DNA of 61,435 nt, filler included, from Hausera hauseri (Eukaryota): assembly GCA_046269625.1 (NCBI GenBank). It is 9 parts of 9 records of this genome, joined end to end, with 100 filler letters (N's around TTAATTAATTAA, not from the genome) between each part and the next. Parts side by side here need not be neighbours in the genome. Positions count along the whole stretch, not along the records: positions 51,434 to 56,938 come from JBJURY010240183.1; positions 57,039 to 61,435 come from JBJURY010601555.1; 7 more parts are not named here. The stretch is one strand, 5' to 3'. The position numbers and the translations under genes are program-made. Positions 54,401 to 61,435 of this stretch are shown here, one piece after another (the stretch's first letter is position 1; every line of letters begins with the position of its first letter). The notes under the pieces were generated by a model. The model was not told where the DNA came from. It saw nothing but the letters and a program-made list of their open reading frames with translations, and searched no databases.

Positions 54401-54720
54401 GGACAAAGCGTTATGTAAAAACTCTGCTGTCTCGTTAAGTGGAGCTTGTAAGGTTGTATTGTGTTGGTTGTAACAGAAGACCATAAAAGATAATTGTGAT
54501 GAGGTCATCCCAAAGGAACGATGAAATGCACGGTGGCTTGGGCGGTTACCTTTTGAATTAAGAAGCTTTTCGAGTGTACAGCCGGAATAGCGGTGGCAAA
54601 TGATGTTTAAGAAAAAGAAATATACTTTTTAAAATAAAAAATGATTTGAGACAGGAAGGGTCTGCATATGCGCAGAGAGTAGTCACACCGGTGGACGCGC
54701 ATCAAAGAAAGAAATCTCAC
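51434..54720 (-). mobile_element. Ty3/gypsy CsRN1-like family copy (gag, PR, RT, RNase H start)
   Basis: Gag GNQKPSDFL...LRRYFLSSLP...LADK; two CHCC knuckles; FLIDSGA; PYIDDILV; LTIDASTTATG. Confidence 0.93.
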
Positions 54721-55265
54721 CCACCTTTATTTAGATGGCTCTGATGATGGAATGTCCGCCGGTAGATTGCTGAGGTTACGATTTAATACACACCACGGCA
54801 ATAAATACAACATGACTGCGTTATTGCTTGAAAACCTCTTCCAACTGTTGTATGACGATAATTGACTAGAATTCTGTGAGGAATTTTCTTTACTTTCATT
54901 CGTTTGATTGTTTGTCAATTCGGAAATTTCGAAACTATAGTTCAGAAGCAATCTCGATCGGCACTCAATGTTTGCTTTGAATTTCTGTTTGCTCGATCTG
55001 GTAACACTTTTGTTGTTGTCAAAGAGTTCCTGTTCTGCTTGGACACCTGAACCTTGGTAACAATTTCTATTTAAAAATCCAAAAGTAGTCGTTTCGTTTG
55101 GCGCAGTAGGAACCGTCAACTGTTTTGGAACTATCGACGCCCAAGATTGTTGCATACAAGGCGTACTTGGTCTTCTATCTGTAGATACAGCAGTAAGAAT
55201 TTTTCTTTTCAACGAGTGTGTGTAGTCCCTGTCATTGTCAAATTCGATTTTCAGTTTCATTTCTT

Positions 55266-56010
55266 CTAATGTCTTAGGTTCGATCTTTTGATGATGCTGT
55301 ATTTTCCGTAAATGCCATTTTTATCACGTATTTCCAATATATCCAAAATTTGAAAACGCACACGACTTTCACTCTTTTCCGTTGAATAAGCTGTTGCTTC
55401 GTTGCATAGACTAATGAACAGAGAAACGAACCACCAGATAAATTTTCGACATTTTGTCCAGATTCTGTTTTCTACTTTATCGTTGAATTTCCTGAAAATC
55501 TCATTAAATTCAATATACATGTCATTGAGTAAGAAATTAATCTCACAACCCAAGTGATCTAAATCCAAAATCTACTGTTGTTGTACTGTGGGGTCTTCCA
55601 TGGACTTAATTACAACCATTACTTCGTGGATAAATGAATTTTTCAAGGCCGATGATTTTATTATAGTCGATTTGGTTGGTTCCAACAGATACTGAGCGAT
55701 ATCGGTACAACGAATTTGCATAAGAAAACGGATGATTTCGGAAGTTTGTGGTCGACGAATACATTCTGAATAAAGCATGGCACCTTTCGTTGCAGAAATA
55801 TATACAATGCTCATATCGAAATAAAATGCACTACTAATCGGATGAGTAACGCCAACGATGGGGAAAATTAAGGTTCGACAAAAAGTAATTAAAAGCTTAG
55901 GCGGTTTCCGCGAACTACTCATAAATGATGTTATTTCGGTCTGCAGCAATTTATGTAATTGTTTATCCAAATCATCTGATGCACAGCACTTCATCAATTC
56001 ATGCATTGCA
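55266..56010 (-). pseudogene. MIF4G-domain-like fragment fused in frame to the kelch pseudogene
   Basis: Helical region ending SRVRFQILDILEIR, similar to the eIF4G MIF4G C-terminal motif SRIRFMLQDVLDLR. Confidence 0.4.
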
Positions 56011-56019
56011 AAGTACGCG

Positions 56020-56938
56020 GGTATGTATAGCTGTTGGACTGATGTCCATTTATTTGTCAAACCCGGTTGCCATTTTTCAACAAGAGCTATTGTAGAATTG
56101 CCACTTCTTATGTTTCTGATTGGAGCTATTTGAGTCCATTGATCAAGTTTAGGATCGTACACTTCAACCGAATAATAAAAGTGATGCCAATCAAAACCAC
56201 CACATATCTGGGCATCACATCCAGCATCGCTTCTAAACTGTTTCATAGGTGGCACGAATGACCAATGGTTTTGTGTTGGATAATATCGTTCAATTGAGCT
56301 AAGTCTGTTTCTGCCATTATGTCCGCCGATTGCGTAAATAAAATCGTCCAGCAAGCAACAAGTTATATGGCTTCTTTTTTACGCATTGGTGATAAGTATT
56401 TCCATTGTTTAAAAATAAAATCGAACATTTTCAGGGTCTGAGTCGGACCAGATGTTACGTAACCGCCGATAACATAAATCCTATTACGGTAAATTACACA
56501 TCCCGAGTATGCATGCCCTTCGTCGAGTCCCATTGTCTCGTCAACAATTCGTCTCCACAAATTTGCTCGGCTGTCGTAAACTTGTATGGCTTTTGACGGG
56601 CCAAAATTTGGATCATCTTGGTTGCCTTCCCATCCACCAACCACTATTATTGCCTCTCGAGGTAGTCTCGGTCGGTGGAAATACATCATCGCCGACAGGT
56701 TCGAATCATTTCGGCTAATTTGCGATATTTCAGATGACATTTTAGCCCATGGAATAAAAATGCTGCAATCACTCCATGACTTTGTGACATATTTACAATT
56801 CACAACTCGATTAAGTTCATCTTCAGTCAATCTGCCCAAACGCAAACATTTAATTATATCAGGACAAATGGCGATTCGATCATTTGGATTGAATTCGATC
56901 CATTTTTCTACAATAGGCAAAAGTTTTAATTCATTTTT
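56020..56938 (-). pseudogene. KLHL10: KLHL10-like BACK/Kelch protein, intronless, with frameshift and in-frame deletions
   Basis: RPRLPREAIIVVGGW, VYDSRANLW, IYVIGG, IYAIGGHNGRNRLSSIERY, RSDAG, ICGGF, IAPIRNIRSG match the KLHL10 layout as recalled. Confidence 0.75.
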
Positions 56939-57038
56939 NNNNNNNNNNNNNNNNNNNNNNNNNNNNNNNNNNNNNNNNNNNNTTAATTAATTAANNNNNN
57001 NNNNNNNNNNNNNNNNNNNNNNNNNNNNNNNNNNNNNN

Positions 57039-60000
57039 TTCCACTTCAAACCCTTGGTGTGACTAAACAACATAACGCTGATTTTTTGCGACTCTACTTC
57101 CTGAACGCATTGCCCGTACAAATGAGGGCCTTACTTACTGTCGTCGAAGAATCGACGACACTTGATAAATTGGCCGAACTGGCAGACAAAACATACGAGG
57201 TACTGAATGCATACACCCAACCAGTCATTTCTGCAGCCGTTACTACCAACAATGTTACATTCGAACAGCAGTTAAATCAACTACGAGCCGAAAATGCGGC
57301 TCTACAAACAACAATAAATAATATCAACAATAAACTGAACGAGACTTCATTAACTCGACGGGAGGGTTTCATACGTGACCGCAATTGTTCAATATCTAGT
57401 GGTCGTTCACCTTAATCTGGACGATCACTGATTTGCTATTACAAATGTAGGTTTGATAGTAGCGCACAAAAATGCAACCTAGGGGACGAATTTTATGATC
57501 CGAGATATCATACAGACAATACCATTTGCATATATCATGCAAAATTCAGACGTAATGCACGTAGATGCATTCCTGATTGCACTTTTAAAAACAAAACTTA
57601 TCATGCAAGCGACAAACGCACAAATCACTTTCTAAGAGCCGTTCTGTTTCCCCCTTTTCAAAAAAATAATTTCGCCACCAATGCCCACGGCAGAGTCTGG
57701 CAAATGCAACTTCTCTAATACTACCTGCCGACACACTTATTTTGCAGTCCTTACATTAAAGGCTTCGATAACCACACCAACAACTCAATCCATAGATTTT
57801 CTTATCGACACAGGCGCTGCGGTTTTTCTGCTACCACTCACTTTTCTGTACAAAATTTACCATTCAAAGCTGAATCGTTATTTGCGGCTTCAGGAGAACC
57901 GCTAGACATTTCGGGTACATCTAAATTGTCGTTCACCTTACCAAACTTCCAGTCCACGTTTTATTTGACGTTTACCGTCGCTAACGTCCGTACAGCAATC
58001 CTAAGTTCAAAATTCTTATTACACTATAATCTTTTAGTTGATTGCAAACAACAATGTCTGAAACGTAACACAACTGGACATCTTACCGAACAAATAAATA
58101 GTATATCCGCTAAGGCACAAGCGATCTCCCCGCAGAAGTCTATACTCAAAAATCCTGTAAGTCATCAAAACCTATGCATCAAGCATTTTTCATTTCGCAA
58201 ATTTTTAATGATAATATCGATATTCAGTCGAGATTTGGTTCTGACAACTACGATTGTGTTGATTCAGTATATTCGCTAGACAAAATTACTTCTTCGAACA
58301 CTATTTTTAATACCACTATCCTACACCAAATTCATCTTGATTTCAATAACTCGCCAACATCTTTCGTCACAGCACATATTGACGCAACACCACAACCAAC
58401 ACATAATTTCTCGCAATTGTCTGAAAGTCTTCGGCAATACATACACAATTCGTGCCCCCGCTTAATTCAGAAAGATCGAACCCTCATACCTACAAACAGC
58501 ACTTTTCAGCACATCATAACGCAGCACCAAAGATCTATTCGTCAAAAGGTACGTTCTTTGTCACCTCGTCATAGGCCAGCTGTTGAAGCGGAATTTCTAG
58601 ACCTTGAACGCTCCGACATTGTACGCAGATCTAAATCGCCGTGGCCTTTGCCTTTACCCGTTGTCCAAAAAAGATGGATTCTTCCAACCATGCGGTGATT
58701 ACCGTCAACTAAACACTTTAAATGTTATAAACGCATATCCTTTACCATTAATTAAGGATATCCTGTACCGGCTCAATTTCACTACAGTATATTCAACCAT
58801 AGATTTAGCCAAGGCATATAATCAAATCCCTGTAGCACCCGAGAACATCGGGAAAACTGCCGTTACGACACCTTTCGGCCTATGCGAATACATTTATATG
58901 CCTTTTGGTTTACGCAACACTGCGGAGACTTTCCAGCGTCACATCGATTCCATTCTCTGGGATTTCACTTTCCCACACCAATATTTTAAAGATATCTTTC
59001 TTGTTTTGTCTTCAACCAAGCAGCATGAGGAACACTTTTGTTTTGTTTTCGAGCGACTTAGCAACCATAATTTACAAATTAATTTTATGAAATGTCACTT
59101 CTTTCAAAAGAGTATTAAGTTTCTCGGACATATCATTTCATCAAATGGTCACTCTCCTCAGCCAGAACATGTTGAAGCGCTCAAAAGTATACAACTACAT
59201 CGAAAAACATCAAAAATGAGAAGCTTCTTTGGAACTTTGCACTTCGTTCACAAGTATGTGCCGTACTGCTCTAAACTTACCGCACCATTTGCTAACCTAA
59301 GCGGCGGCAAAAACATCAGCCAATCCAGTAGACACCTGACCTGATCGATAAGTTCGACAAGCTTTGTGAAGGAATTAAGACCGTCGATATTCTCGCTTTT
59401 CCTAAGCCTGACGCGGAACTCATTCTTACTACAGACGCTTCAACCACTGCGGTAGGTGCTGTGATTCATCAAATATACAAAGGAGAAAATCAACCAAAAG
59501 AATCTTTCTCTCGTAAGCTGACATCCCCTAAAACTCGATATTTAACGTTTGATCGAGAATCATTGGCCATCGTACTCGCTTTCAAGCATTTCGCTCACAT
59601 ACTGGTCGCTCGCCGTTTTATCATACAGACCGATCACATGCCCTTGCTAAACATCATTGCTATGAAACATCCTTCCTCGCACCAAGAACGACAAATATCA
59701 TATCTGTTGACATTCACCTTTGACATAAAGCATATTAATGGCGTCAATAATTTGGTTGCCGATTTTCTATCCAAGACGGTTGGTTCGATTAATTTTTCAA
59801 CAATTTTCTTTCAAGTACAACTCCAATAGTACCAGCCACCTCAGGATATACTCAATTCTTTTAAGTCTTACACAATTTTTAACGGTGTGGCTTTAGACAC
59901 TTTCAAACCACATAATTCCGTAATAATTTTCGCACCACCTTTACAACGGCAAGCGTTTAACAGTGTACATTCACTGCACCATTCTGGCGCTAAGGCAACT

Positions 60001-61381
60001 TTTTGCTTACTCCACCGGCAAGTAATAAGGCCATCTATGCGTTCTGATGTGCAAACGTGGGTTAAGGAGTGCGTGGCTTGCCAGAAATTTAAAATTACCA
60101 AACATTTAAAGCCACCACTTTATCATTTCCCTTTCACTTCACGTTTTGAGTCTGTTCATGTTAATCTCCTTGGCCCTATTCCTCCTGACAATGGCTATCA
60201 GTTTATTTTTACCATGATGGATCGTTCCTCATTTTGGCCAGAATCTGTCCCACTACAGAGCACTAATACGGACACAATAGCCGACATTTTTATACGTACT
60301 TGGATCAGAAGATTTGGATCCCTAGATTTATTCTTACAGACCAAAGTACTTAGTTTGAGTCCAATTTGTTTAATTCTCTTGTTAACCGATTAGGAATTAG
60401 CCATATCCACACATCACCGTATCACCCTCAATCGAATGGTCTTCTAGAAAGATTCCACAGAACACTAAAAACGTAACTGAGAATACTGGCAGAATTCAAT
60501 AGCAGTTGGACTACTTTTCTTCCATTGGTTCTTCTTGGTTGGCGCAACACTCCTTCTATGTATACTGGTTGTTCACCTACGGAAGCCTTTTCGGAACACC
60601 CGTACGTTCATTATTTGAGTTAACTGCCTTGGAAGATACATCTACTGACGAAGCTATCCGAACGGCACAGGACCATTTTGTTTTGGTCAGTAAAGATTCA
60701 TTCTGCAGGATACTTAATAACAATAAAATGTACCTACCGGAGGATTTATACTACGCAAAGTTCGTCTGGTTAAAAAACCAGACACCACGCAGTTTTCAAC
60801 CACAGTATTTTGGACCTTACAAACTCGTTCAATTGCATGCTCACAATGCCATTATTTCCAAAGATGGAAAGGAACTAGCGGTGCATATCAACAACGTCAA
60901 ACCCACATTTTTTGTAGATGATACCCCCAAAATTGAATCTTCCAACCCCTTACTGACTCCTCCGCCTTTTCTTCCTTCAGTTCTTCCACCACTTGCACGT
61001 TTTCACACGTCGACTACTACTTCTACTCCTTTACCAGAAACTACCCCAAACTCCCTTTCTACTAGCCTTCCGACCTTTCCTTTCTTTCTTCCTACATCCC
61101 CTTCCCCGGCTACCCTTTTACTCACGAACAACACAACACCTTCAACGATGCAATACGACATTGTTATACCTCCATCACTTTCACAACCAGATTCGAAGAT
61201 ATCAAATATTCGCAAATCGGTCACATTCAGTACTTATACTAAAGTGCTAAATATTGATGGAATATAACGTCTCGTACATACGAAGACCACACAGTTAGTT
61301 TACACTGTTACGTTTAATTTTCATTCCGTACATCCTTTTGTATTTACGTTGCACATCTTACCACCGGGGGGGGGGGGGTGA
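57039..61381 (+). mobile_element. Ty3/gypsy CsRN1-like family copy (gag to INT, then PPT)
   Basis: LRLYFLNALP, FLIDTGA, PCGDYRQLN, MPFGLRN, TTDAS, FDRESLAI, HHSGAK...CVACQ, YFGPY; G-run PPT 61366-61380. Confidence 0.95.
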
Positions 61382-61435
61382 CGTTGTGCCCAAACGAGGT
61401 CGTATTTTATTTATTTTTGTACATACAATTTTATT

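Overview
This window is not contiguous. It is nine unrelated AT-rich eukaryotic contigs (probably an invertebrate) joined by artificial 100-bp spacers (44 N + TTAATTAATTAA + 44 N). Almost all of it is decayed mobile DNA. (1) Four copies of a CsRN1/Kabuki-like Ty3/gypsy family whose Gag carries a doubled CHCC knuckle. (2) Pieces of unusually large, cargo-rich Ty3/gypsy elements. In contig 2 a chuvirus-type glycoprotein C-terminus and a PTAP motif lie upstream of PR-RT-RH-INT, followed by a signal-peptide/TM protein, an apparently inactive DEDDh exonuclease and a C3HC4 RING. In contig 4 the integrase runs in-frame into two tandem retropepsin domains, followed by repeated membrane modules that also fill contig 1. 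(3) Three Polinton/Maverick-like segments with pPolB, an A32-type packaging ATPase, dUTPase, a DEDD-like protein, a RING and a TATA-binding-protein-like gene. (4) A complete 355-bp non-autonomous retroelement. It starts exactly at the predicted cleavage site of an HDV-like ribozyme, ends in (AATC)n and is flanked by a 13-bp TSD. (5) Intronless host pseudogenes: a SIK/MARK-type kinase and a KLHL10-like kelch fused to a MIF4G-like fragment. All family calls come from motif recognition by eye, without database searches. Coordinates of decayed genes are approximate.
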